Shown piece by piece: positions 24,146 to 35,934 of a stretch of DNA of 62,433 bases (position 1 is the first letter of the stretch; every line of letters starts with the position of its first letter). This stretch comes from Trichosphaerium sp. ATCC 40318 (Eukaryota; Protista; Tubulinea), in NCBI GenBank assembly GCA_038496445.1, contig JALMLS010000102.1, forward strand, positions 1-62,433, written 5' to 3'. The notes beneath the pieces were generated by a model. It was given only the letters and a program-made list of their open reading frames with translations. It ran no database searches and was not told the DNA's origin. The translations under genes and the position numbers were made by a program.

Positions 24146-25500
24146 ATGTCACGTTGGTACCTGTTAATAGTGCTCTGTACCATAGTTACTGTCTGTAACG
24201 GCATTGCTCCGCCCGATCTAATTGATGACAAGCTATACGGTGGGATACTTCTAGGACAGTATGGAGACGCGTTAGGAGCACCTACTGAAGACGCTGAAAT
24301 GAAATACGATAATCCAGTAGTCCCATTGGCGAACCAGTCTGCACACCTCGTTGTTGCTTCAACTTGGTGGGGTTACGACCTCTGGCCCAATATATGGAAA
24401 ATATGGTGCCCTCCTAATGTTTGTGGAAAAGATATTGGCGTTACCACCGATGACACCGCTCAAAGAATAGCGGGTGTACAGTTATGGATGAATTCGTCTG
24501 AAGCCAGGGCGTCAAAACCGCTTGAGATTTCCGAAAAAAGTCACGCTTCATTTATCTTATCTAATACGGAGCGCCTTAATACCTTGCAACTTGATAAAGA
24601 ACGGGACTGGTTGCAATGGAATCAACGCGGATACTTTCGTGACTTGTTGTGCATGTGGGCGAACGCAACCGACAACTTATATGGCACGTGTGCATACGGA
24701 ACAAACGTGTTTTATCGTGCAGATGAAGCAATCAGCTTCGGGCTGTACATCTACCTCGAGATGAGCATTGCACCAGCCTTTACGAAAGTGCCATTGCATA
24801 CACTTTATCGATTCTTTACGGATTTTACCAGACTGGATGAGTTGTGGGCCAAGCCTTGCACTGGATTTGCAAGTGAGCATATTTGTTTTATTGTTCTAGT
24901 CAATAATCTAACAGTACATCATAGGTACAATTGCATCTGACGCAATGCGCACTCAAGACGTAGGTTTATCTTCGTGGCACACGTGGTTGCACAGTAAACT
25001 CACGTGGCTTGAAACGTGGGCAAAAGATGAACCTTACAGCGAGCTAATGTTGCACCAGCTATCGTTAGGATGGGAACTTGGTCTAAAATTTAAGGGTGAT
25101 AGAGTTGGTCTAGAGCTCGCTTTGAAAGACATGATGCTAGACCCTAAATTAACAGTGCAGCATGACTTTAGAGATCACGATCCACTTTATTTGATGCGTG
25201 TTATTTATGCAGCCGCTGCATTTTCAGAAGGTGATTTAGAAAAGTTTTTCATAATTATTGCCTATTCTCCAGGTACCGAATATCACGCCCACATTCGCTC
25301 ACTATTTTATAGGAGACACAGACACAACCGCTTCTTATGCTGGTATCATTGTAGGTGCTTTATTAGGCTACGAAAAGTTGTCACAAGTGCCTGTCATTGG
25401 TCAACAATTGCACCACATTAGAAAGTTTGAGGAAGATATTTTTAACGTTGACTTTAAACAACGCATTGACATTTTCAAATCGTTTGCTAATGGAAAATAA
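24146..25500 (+). CDS. Secreted ADP-ribosylglycohydrolase (ARH/DraG family)
   Basis: Signal peptide MSRWYLLIVLCTIVTVCNG; motifs GDALGAPTE, TTDDTAQ and G|DTDTTASYAGIIVGALLG. Confidence 0.85.
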
Positions 25501-25625
25501 ATGTTAGCATACTGCTGCTCGTAATTACATATTTTTTTTCTTTTATGACAGCGAGGTCTTGCTTTTTTTGTATGTACAAAAATGGGTAATGTAGAACACT
25601 CTATTTTAGCCCTTTATCATGTCAG

Positions 25626-27683
25626 TTAAAAGAATAGTGTTGTGTATTGTCTCAGTCTGTGCCATTGCTCGTGAGTTGAGCAGTATGCGATGGTAAACGT
25701 GCATAGCCTCACGTGCAAAACTATGACAAATTGGTGAGTTCAAAGGCTAGCTGGTTATGATAGCATCACGCACTCTGATGTTGCTTTTCTATGCGATTGC
25801 TTCAGTACTGCTTCCATGCTAGTACGCACTTGATCTAACTTCTCTGAGGTATTCTTTCTCATGCTCTCTATGGCGTCATGCCACACCCAAGGCGCAGCGC
25901 GATTAGCCTCTAGTACCGTACTTAAAACAAAGACAGCTTTAAAAAAGAGCGATAAATCATCACGTACTAAAACATAGCGCAGCAACGCAATTGTGAGCCA
26001 TAAGCATGTGCAAGAAAGTATCCTAATTCTCAAAGTTAACGTTTCTTGGTGTCGTTATCAGTTGAGTGTTTCACTAACCATTCCATTGAACAATTGTGGT
26101 ACAGTCATTGCTGAGTCGCCCATGATGATACAACGTCCAGCGTACCACCTCTTGGCAGGAGATGGAGACACGGCAAGATCCAATGTCACTCGATTTTGCT
26201 AGTACAATAACTATAAGCGATTGCCTTCGGTTTGCATTGATTGTACCTGTTCTACTGTTTCGAGGAGAGCGTATCCAGGACACTTTTTAAACTTTTGAAA
26301 TTGTTTTAAGATTGGTGCAGCTGCAACTGTCACATCTGGACGAGGCATATTCTTTATTGTCTTTTCATCTACCAAAAATGTTCCCCACACGTGCGCTCTT
26401 TGTGCACCAACAGCACGGTAACCAAATCGTACATCTTCTCCCCTAATAATTCAGCTTAACAACAAATACACGCCAAACCACTGTTTCCAATTGTAGGTAC
26501 GTACCAGTGTTCCCATATGCCATCGCCTGGTACTGGACTGTGAGCCATAGGTACTATAGCGTTCCACTGACAATACAGTGGTTCTAATTGAGGTGGCCTT
26601 TCTGAAAACCCACGAATTGCCTTTGCATACGAACTGCGTCCATCTGAAATGATGACTACATCATAATCCTTTGTAAACTTATTGTCACCAGATGGGTTTA
26701 GGGCAGTTTTCCTTCCAGCTGTAGCGAGTAATTAATAAAAACGCAATAATTAAAAAGAAAGATGAGTGGTGAGATAAAATTAATCTCCAACACTTTAAAA
26801 GTAAGAAATCACGTGCCTGCACGTGTTAAAAAATTGACTTTCTCTTGGACAACAATCTTATTTGCTTCATCACCGTATATTGGTCGAATGGCTTCCAACT
26901 TGACGTCCTTGTTAACATACACAGGAGGGTGCTTTGTTTCCATTGACAACCACTCTTCGAATGCCTATGCAAAACCAACATGTCAATATTCATCACTTTC
27001 TAACCAACCAAAAGGGTACATGCTATATGCACTCTACTCACGTTTAAAAGAGCTTCTCTTGTCATGCTATACGCCGGTTTACCACTAGCTTCAGCGAATT
27101 GTAGGTAGCTGAATTCGCCGTAAGTGATTCTTCCATCCTCATTTTGACGACGCCACAAATCCATCAGTGCGCCTAAAAACCACTACCTTGAGAACCCACC
27201 CCTTGTGTCTACACACTTACCTCTCTTTAAAATACTGTCTGAAATTACGGTCCATGTCAAGGTCAAATCCTTGCATAAAGTTGGTACATCCGGGTGGCAG
27301 TATCACGCTGTCATCTATAAAAAATGTTTGTGGCGCGTGTTACGTGGGTCAGCGAGTATCTTACGCGTCATGTCAGGTATTGGTGGAGCTACAACATCAC
27401 AAGCGATACCACGTTGCCTAAGAGATAGCGCAGTGAATAGTGAGGGCACGTCATAACCGTAAATAAGGATTTTGGGGTCGTCTGTCTAATTTCATTTACT
27501 TTTAGCGTTTTAAAGCGTATAACGTACTCTAAGGTTCTCTGCGAGTGTTTGTGGAGAATCTGATATACGAGCAGCTGAAAATCGCGACAAATCAACAGTA
27601 GAACAGTACGCTGCCTTTGATGCCCTTTGTCGGCGCACAACTTTCTTAGTGAGCCCGTTACGAGCTAGACCAACCCGCAACAT
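25626..27683 (-). CDS. Flavoprotein monooxygenase-like protein (UbiH/FAD_binding_3 fold) with degenerate motifs and a mitochondrial-type presequence
   Basis: MLRVGLARNGLTKKVVRRQRASKAAYCST; KILIYGYDVPSLFTALSLRQRGI; YDVVIISDGRSS; RWYAGRCIIMGDSAMTVP. Confidence 0.7.
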
Positions 27684-27929
27684 TTGTACAACTTTCGCAA
27701 CCAAAGAGGCACCTAACTTAAGTGCGCTCTTAAGACCTCCATCAGAACACCTTTAAAATGTCACTAATTCATCAAAAGCTATCTCAATCTTTACTACGAA
27801 CGTCATCCTTTGAAGGTCCAAGCGGGGATATTACACAGTGTAATTACAGTTTCATTGAATTGGATTGTTTCGCTCGTGAATTTCCTCCAAAATAGATTGG
27901 TTGACATAAATTTGATTACCCAAACAATA

Positions 27930-29370
27930 ATGGCAGCATTCGTCCAGCAAATCGCTGACTTCGATAAGCTCTCCTTGAAAGAAACTACAACAGTAGAACG
28001 GCATAACGTCACAATATCTCGCAATGATCACTCAGAACGCGGTGTTATAAGAGAAAAGGACCTTGTAGAGACTTTTGACGAGCCTGAACAAATAAAGCTA
28101 AAGGTGGGTCTAAAATCCGTTTGAGTACTTCCAACCAATAAAACAAGGACTAAAACCGCGTCTCAATAGGTTGCGAAGCTTGCTGAATACATTAAAGAAT
28201 CAAAGCACATGTGCGCTTACACAGGCGCTGGAGTACGTAACACTAGGACTGTTAGACAACCACTGATATAACGTAGATCAGCACAAGCTCCAACATACCG
28301 GATTATCGCGGTCCTAATGGTGTTTGGACTAAAAAAGCAAAAGGCATCTCCAACTTGCAGAAACCGCTTGAAGATGCAAAACCAACAGTACGTCTTCCCC
28401 ACGTGCTACGCCTGTTCACACCTAATGAAACGCGCTGTAGCCTGCCCACCACGCACTAGTAAGCCTTGAAAAAGCAGGATACCTAAAATGCCTCGTCAGC
28501 ACAAACATTGGTACGCTCATAGCAACTACTTCTTAAGTAGTTTTTCTCACTGCCAATAGATTGCTTACATTTGCGTTCTGGATTTCCACGAGCCAAGGCA
28601 TGATAACAGCTTCCAACTTCTGACCTCACATTGCTGACATAAACTAGCTCGCTGAGTTGCATGGTAACGCCTTCAGAGAGCGCTGTGAAAAGTGCAATGC
28701 TGAGAAAATCCGTGAATGCAAACTAGCAGACAAGGATAAGAACCAAAAAGAGGGTATGTCTAACCCACTTGGTGGTTTGTACCTTCACTAACCTCAGCAC
28801 AGGTCGATGGACAGGAAATATGTGCGAATGTGGCGGCAGAATGAGTACGTATTCACAAGCAACTAGGCACCTCGTCGTTTATCTCCTTTTGACTTTGTGT
28901 TTAGTGGACACAATTGTACACTTTGGCGAATTTCTTCCGGATTGTGAATTTTCTCTGGCAGGCCAAAACGCTTGGAAGGTACGCTGTCTCGTTTAGCCCC
29001 ATGATACTCATTTAGATGCCAGAGTGATATGGCGTTGGTTTTGGGTACTTCTATGCGTGTGGCACCGGCAAACAAGCTGCCGTGCTACAGCTACAAGAAG
29101 AACAATGGTAAGATGGTCATTGTAAACTTGCAAAAAACACCATGTACGCCCAATAGTAATTGCTGTTACCCATTCCAGTTTCCATTTATCAAACTAATAT
29201 CAACCACAGTCGATGTTGAGGCAACCCTAAAAATAAATGCACGAACAGATCAAGTCATGACGATGCTGATGGAGGAGCTTGGGTACCATTTTTTTAAAGA
29301 CTTAGAATTGGTAGCTTACAGTCAACGTAGTCTATCAACAGAATGCACTAACGCAGAAACCAAAGAATAA
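27930..29370 (+). CDS. Class IV sirtuin (SIRT6/SIRT7-like NAD+-dependent deacylase)
   Basis: YTGAG|ISTSSNIPDYRGPNGVWT; STNI|DCLHLRSG; LAELHGN..ERCEKC; DTIVHFGE; LVLGTSMRVAPA; VIVNLQKTP. Confidence 0.93.
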
Positions 29371-29503
29371 AGAACATGCGCACTGTTCTAGTGGCGTCTT
29401 TTGATGAAGAATAATAGTATAGTAGTAAAGTGAAGGCAGTTGTATTTTTATGAAATAAAGAGGTATTTACACCAATACCATCCTTTTTTTTTGAATGAAT
29501 ACA

Positions 29504-30150
29504 TTATGCCACCCAATCGTGTAAGTGGCCTTGAACTATACGCTAGAATGAAGTTACGCAATGTTGAACAATATACAAAACTATAGTAAACGTCAACGTA
29601 CGCCTTGTTTGATTTCGACAGCTGGCTTGACTGTGCCATAGAGTGCAGGATCTGTCAACAATACCAAATCAGAAACATGTCCTGGCATGACACCTGCAAG
29701 GATAGAACCACATTAGTTTGCAGCAACTTGTTCAACATGATACGTACCGTGCATGTTCTCCAATCCGAGTCCTCTCTTGCTCTCGTTTTCTAATCGAGTA
29801 CGTAATGCTTGAGCGTGCGTACTTTGGTACCCTGGAAGGACGTACATACTGATATGCGTTTGAGATTGTGAAACAGCGTAAAACTAAGCGATAGCGTACC
29901 CGCGACCATCCACAACCTAAGACAACACCGATTAGTACAATTACTTATATTCTCGTGAACGTACTTTTTCGTTACTGTTTGGATGTATGTGCTTTTCTAT
30001 TTGTAATACACTTCTAGATGTGAATCTAACATCGTACAGCTCATCTGCAGCACAACAATCCGAATCTACAATGTGGACGTTTTTTATAACGTAAGCTTGT
30101 GCAACATACACGCATAGTACGACTATGACCGCGTAGTTGGAAGTTAACAT
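29504..30150 (-). CDS. Small secreted hypothetical protein
   Basis: Signal-like MLTSNYAVIVVLCVYVAQA; several gtacg introns; probable end RIVQGHLHDWVA*. Confidence 0.5.
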
Positions 30151-30267
30151 GATAATGTTCTTTTTTGGTTGTGGCACTTAACGCTTTGTGCCTTAATTTA
30201 GCGTGGTTTTTTTTTTTTTGGTTTTGGTACAATTGTAATAATTACTTTGGTTGAGATTGACCTAGCA

Positions 30268-33200
30268 TCACTGTCGAGGTCCCCTTTTCTTTCTTTTTTT
30301 CCTGGGTTGATCCTCGTTTTTAGGTGATACATTGATATCTACATTCACATCTGTGGTGCCGATGTTTGCAACATTCTTTGAAGCTCCCTTTTTGCTCCTG
30401 GATCGTTTTTTGTTTTTCTTGGTTGTTTCCTTGCCCTCAACACTACTACTAATAGCTGCACTTCCACTTATTGCATCCGAACCAGCACGTATATCCATTG
30501 ATGATGTTACACCATAAGCTTTGTTGTTGTTGTGAAGTTCATCTGACTAGAGCAAAATAAATTTATAAGTGGTTCGTGTCACAAAAATTAAAAATAGAAT
30601 ATCGATGCGTACTGCTTTCTTGGAGTGTGCGTCTGTGACTGCCGTGAGTGTAGAAGGAGCATTAAGAGAGATAGTCATTAATTTATTTCTAAAGTAAGAC
30701 TTGGGTTTATCCATGTTCATGAACTTTGGAACGTAGATAGCAACTACAATGATAACAAAAAAATGAATCAACTGTTAAACATGTTACATTATTTATACGT
30801 ACCCATTATTATAGTAGTCGCAAACAATACGCCAGTCGCAATGATAGTGTAGCGGAACCTATCTTTGACAATAGACAAGATAATCAAAGTCATAACACCG
30901 CACTAAACATAATAAGTTGCCTTGTTTTTTTCAATTGGCCAGGTGGGCTACGGCTTATGAACGTACTATAGCGACAGTGTATACACTAAATACTATGTAT
31001 TTAGATTCATTCCAAAATGACTTGACTCTGCGAATTGCGTAGCATAGGTATAGCCCTGATAAGCGCTGTTAAGTATAATCAGAAAGGGATAAATGATTGT
31101 ACCATAGAGAAGCAATAGTCCTTCAGCAACGAGGATGATGATATCATACACCGAAGATACTACGCCACACACGTGATATTCTTCCCCATTGTTCGTAAAT
31201 TTTTGTCTACTATTTGGTCTACCTGCAGCGGAGTACACAATCAAGTAAACAATGACAACAGCAAGCATGAGACCCTATTTGATAAAAAAGTAATTAATAC
31301 TTTTCTTAGAGTTGAATTTATATCGAAAGGCCGGCTCGTACCTGCATGCAGAACAATCTCAAGTCACTAATCACCTTTTTCTTTATAGATTTCATATTGA
31401 AAATCTCATTAATTCTCCATATCTTCAAGAAGAGGCCTGTAAAAACAATAGCAAATCCAATGTGCAAAACCCTAAATTAAATCATCTTTTAGTTAAAAAC
31501 GACGAGCTCCTTTTGGTCGAAAAGACCAGCACTTACCATGCTTGAATAGTACACACTGCGACAGATGGCGAAGCAAAAGCAACAAGGGCATAAGCATACA
31601 ATAAGCTACAGCCCAAGGCGATGGAAACCATAAAGTTTCTGCTGGAAATGACAAACACTGGTTTATCACGGAAAATGAAAACAGCAGCTGCCACGGCTAG
31701 CGATGCGGCTACAAGGAAAGTACCAATGCCCAAGAGTGCATATCTAACTGCATCGGGTTCTACCCATGTTTCTATTGGTGAACTATCACTTGGGACGTCA
31801 TTGGTGTTTCCAGTGAATACGAGGGTGTCGTAACCTGGTGATATTTCACTTAACTTTTCTGTAAGAGATGTCCACTCTGCAATCTTTGTTCGGGATCCTC
31901 CCCTGAAATTAAAGAATGCAACATCATCTTGGTTATCAAGATTTTCATCCAAATTCACCGATCCGGCAATACCCTGAAAAGCGAGTGTATCAAGTTTGGC
32001 CTAAGTATTATCGGTGAGCAACATTCGCATGAACTCTTAAAAAGACTAAGAATTACAGCTATAAGTTTGCCATCAGTTGGATCACCACCATCTGCTAACA
32101 CAGCATCTAAACAATGTGTTAACTTATCAAATATCTTATATCTGTCAGATATAACGACTAGGTACCTGCAGCACGAGCCCATAACCATACAGCATCATAC
32201 AGTTTGGCACCTTGCACAGGATAATTTTGAACTGCTTCATCTGATAGCGTCAAATTGAAATGTCGTTGCTGTGAGACTGCAGCACGCTAATAAATATGTT
32301 AGCAACACAATAATAAATACTCGTATATAGTAGCCAACAATAATACCTGTTTCCAAGACGTAAAAGTATCTATAAGGCCAGAAGGAATGCTGTAAAAAAA
32401 CTGAATAACCGTCCCTACATGAAGCAAGAAAAATTACCTAAAATCTTCACCAATGAGACCTTCAAAAGCTTCTTGTGCTTCGGTATCCCTTCCATCATTA
32501 CCCATCCATCCGTTGGTACCAATATAATATGACTCTGAAAAGAATGCAGCCAGATAACTGTATCCTGGTACAGTCATGCCCATTTCCTTAGCTGTCAACC
32601 TACAATCTCTGTAAGAACAAAATACTTAGTTGGTACACGCACATAATATCTCGGAAATCACCTCCATTGCCTATGAGCACAAGCAAAGTGAGTTAACATG
32701 ACAACGCTATATTTGACGTCATACTTCACATACCACTAAAAACCCATATTATCCTGTAATCTTTATCTTTGATTTGTTGCAGTAACGGCCTACGTGTTCC
32801 TCTCTCAAAAGTTGTGGATTCTCTGGATGGACCAACTGTTGTTTTTTGTCATAATCTCAAAAATACATACTCCATTTGGTGGATGACGTACCGTCAAATG
32901 TTTGAAAGAGAACATCAACGCCAATATTTTGTAAATATGCAAGTGCGGTACCAGCTACGACAAGTTAATTGCACTATTTTGGCAAATTGGGAAAAAAAAA
33001 GATTAACACCCATTTTTGTAAGGCTCCTGTTTACCAGTTCCGGAATAACTATCTTCTGTAGATGTTAGGATAGCAACGCGGTTCCAATTGAACTTTTGAA
33101 AGAGAGCATAGTAAAATTTTCCGATGTCCCTCCTTGGACTTACTGTACGCGCAAAAAGAGGGTACAGTGATTTTTCAGACAAGCTGATTGCTGTGCAAGA

Positions 33201-33709
33201 GTATGATATTTGTGGTACGTTATAGAAGTTTAAAAATAGCTGTGTAGGTACGCATGATGATGAACATGACGGTCCAATGATCTATTTATCTTTTTAAACA
33301 TAAAATCATTTAAAAAAAAATGATGACGCACCACATCTACACCAGCCGGTACTTGTTGCAACACTGCATTTACAGCACCACCAGCATCACTACACTCTGT
33401 TTTAGAGTGTTGCCACGATAATACTACGTCCTACACGACAAAATCAGAATTCGTACATGCCTCTACACATGTGCCCGAAATGACGTACGGACAGAACCGT
33501 TGGATCGTTGTTAATATCCTCCACCGCTAGCGGCCCTGCACCTTTATGTTTTTTAATAAAGAGCAACGCAATCGCCTGGTACACATACCAGAGATGATTG
33601 TTCCCACATCCCAACCAGTCCAAGAAACGAGAAAGCCCACGGTGTAATTATCACATAAAACGCTCGATAGCATCGAAAACGTTATAATTAATGCAACAAG
33701 GCGCATCAT
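30268..33709 (-). CDS. Family 3 (GABA-B/Grl-like) GPCR with an ANF-receptor/Venus-flytrap domain
   Basis: Signal peptide; LAVEDINNDP; IIGPSCSS; VPQISYS; FNWNRVAIL. 7TM region IFRDKPVFVISSRNF, CTIQAW, AIYVPKF. One apparent 1-nt homopolymer frameshift near 33172. Confidence 0.88.
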
Positions 33710-34028
33710 TGTAATAATAGCTTGATGGCTTGATTCGTACAACTTCGCAGGTATTGTTTGCCGATTGAAGTCTCGAATGAAGCTCACGCCAAGTGCTGTG
33801 TATTACTTAACCGACCGTAATTTCTTAGTAACTACAACGATTGTTTTGACGGAGTTACGACTTTTTTTTTCCTGTTTTCTTTAATTTAGCAAAAAAGATG
33901 GCCAACAACCAAAAATGCTCGATTAAAAGCTTTTGTACAAAAATAAACGGAGAAACAGAAACAGTTTACAAGTTTTAATATTTTTTTTTTTTTGTACAGA
34001 AAGTAAGACTGTCAAGCCTTTGTGCTAT

Positions 34029-35015
34029 TTAAAACAATTTCAAGTCACGTAAGCACTTTTTTACAGAGTATTTGGATACATCTATGCCTTCAAGCTGGTT
34101 GCTGATGTCTGAAAAAAAAATTCATCAGTAAAGAATACTCAAAACTAATCGCTAGCGCACCATCTATAGTCCACTTATTATATCCGTGCTGTAAAAGAGC
34201 CCACCAGACACAACTAACATAGAAATTACAAAACGTGTACACGTTTTTTTTGAAATGAAAAAAAACAATTAACGCACGCTACTACAAACTGTTTACGCCT
34301 TGCGAACCGCTCACGCTTTTTTTTGGATTTATTCATTCGAATTTTTCCCTAAACAAAACTTTAAAAATGTGGTGGCCTTCAACCTGTTATTTACCTCCTT
34401 TTGAGCCAACTGTAATTCGTACGCTTTTTGGTACAACCGCTTAGCCTTTAACTAGTACTCTTGGTTAATAAAACAAGACTAGTTTGGAGCATCGAATTTT
34501 TTTGGGTTTTTTGAAAAAATGAGCGCGTACTTCAACTGGATAATTTCTTCCACATCCTTGTAGGAGCTTCATCATTACCTCTTCAATATCACGGAGCCCG
34601 TGCCAAAAAAATTGAACGTCCTCGTGCGCAATATCATATTCATTTGCTGTGTAATGCACCTTGCTTTTAGAGCCAGGGTCCGCGTTAAATACACGGTATT
34701 CTGCTTCGTCAGAGATTACGTCTGTTTGTGATACAACACCGCAATTGCTACATACAATGACGCCTTCTTTATCGTCTAATGTAAAACGTAAGCGATTTTA
34801 AAGCCACAGCGGGAATAGGAATAATTGCTGCTTTTTCCACGCAGCCAAAAAGCATTAAAGCTCTAATTACCTCGAATAAAGTTATTTTTTCCACATTGAC
34901 TGCAAATATTTCTGTCTGCCTTGTATAGCGAGTTTGGTACGTGGTGCTCTATTTTTTGTTCGTTTGCTCTCTCTATCTCACTCTCTGATTCAGAATCGCT
35001 GCTATCAACTTCCAT
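34029..35015 (-). CDS. Short TFIIB-related protein (Zn ribbon + B-reader + one cyclin-like fold)
   Basis: ICSQCGKNNFIR|DDKEGVIVCSNCGVVSQTDVISDEAEYRVF; ends VSKYSVKKCLRDLKLF*. Confidence 0.75.
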
Positions 35016-35126
35016 GGCTGAAAAATATGTTGTCAATCACAGAACGAGCACCAAAAATGATGGTCTTGCGAAGTAAAATATGGGGTTTTGTCGCATTCCT
35101 ACGTCGTCATATTAGCAGCACTACCT

Positions 35127-35934
35127 ATGGAAGATACCACAGAGCTAAGACAACGAAAGCCAGTTGCAGAGATCACAGAAGAAAAGGCTGAGAAGCTACT
35201 GAAGGAGAAGTTGCTCATAGGCGACAATTTCGAGATTAAAATCGAATCTGAGTTCTGTAATTCGCTTGTTGGCTTTGGTGTTGACACTAAGTACATTCAA
35301 AGTTTCAAGGATGGTTTTGATGGCCATGATCAGGTACGTACATCAAGTAACCATACAACGGCCGCTAAACCGCTTTTGATTTTTACGTACTACAATTGTG
35401 TTCTTTTTTGTCTTGAAGCGTGTTTGGAAGTACTGACGCGCGTATAAGCTTAATTTTAAGTTCAAACCGATTGAAGGTGAAGAACTCGCGTTAAAACAAC
35501 AACAAGCAGACTATTTCGTCGCCAAGGTGGAGTACGAGGAGCTTGAGGCCCGTCTAGAAGGTGAAACAGAACAAAGCGCGCGAGAATCCATAGAAGCACA
35601 AATGCAGACTCTCAAGGAATCGTGTGAGCGCTTGGAAGCAGACATGTACCGGTCAAAAGTAGGAAGCAAAAAGGATTGATGAAATACCACGTTGCACGTT
35701 TTTTTTTTGTCACGTGCAACGTCGATTTTTTTTCCCCCCTCTTTCTCTTGTACTAGTACCAATTGTATTTTTATTTCAACAACACTCTTGATGTGTTATT
35801 TTGTGGTTACGTAGAACCCAACTTGGTTTTTTTTTTATGCTACATTTTTTGTTGTTTTATTTATAATAGTGATGGCTCTCCCTCTTGTTGGAGTTTTTGT
35901 TTTTGTTGGTTTAGATCAGTACTGGAAAATTTGA
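35127..35934 (+). CDS. Coiled-coil, tail-anchored membrane protein
   Basis: MEDTTELRQRKP...; coiled coil VEYEELEARLEGE; C-terminal hydrophobic segment WFFFYATFFVVLFIIVMALPLVGVFVFVGLDQYWKI*. Confidence 0.65.

Noticed and set aside
22024-29370. NAD+/ADP-ribose defence operon (nuclease, ARH, sirtuin)
   Set aside because: The sirtuin is an ordinary class IV type, and adjacency in a compact eukaryotic genome is not evidence without synteny.
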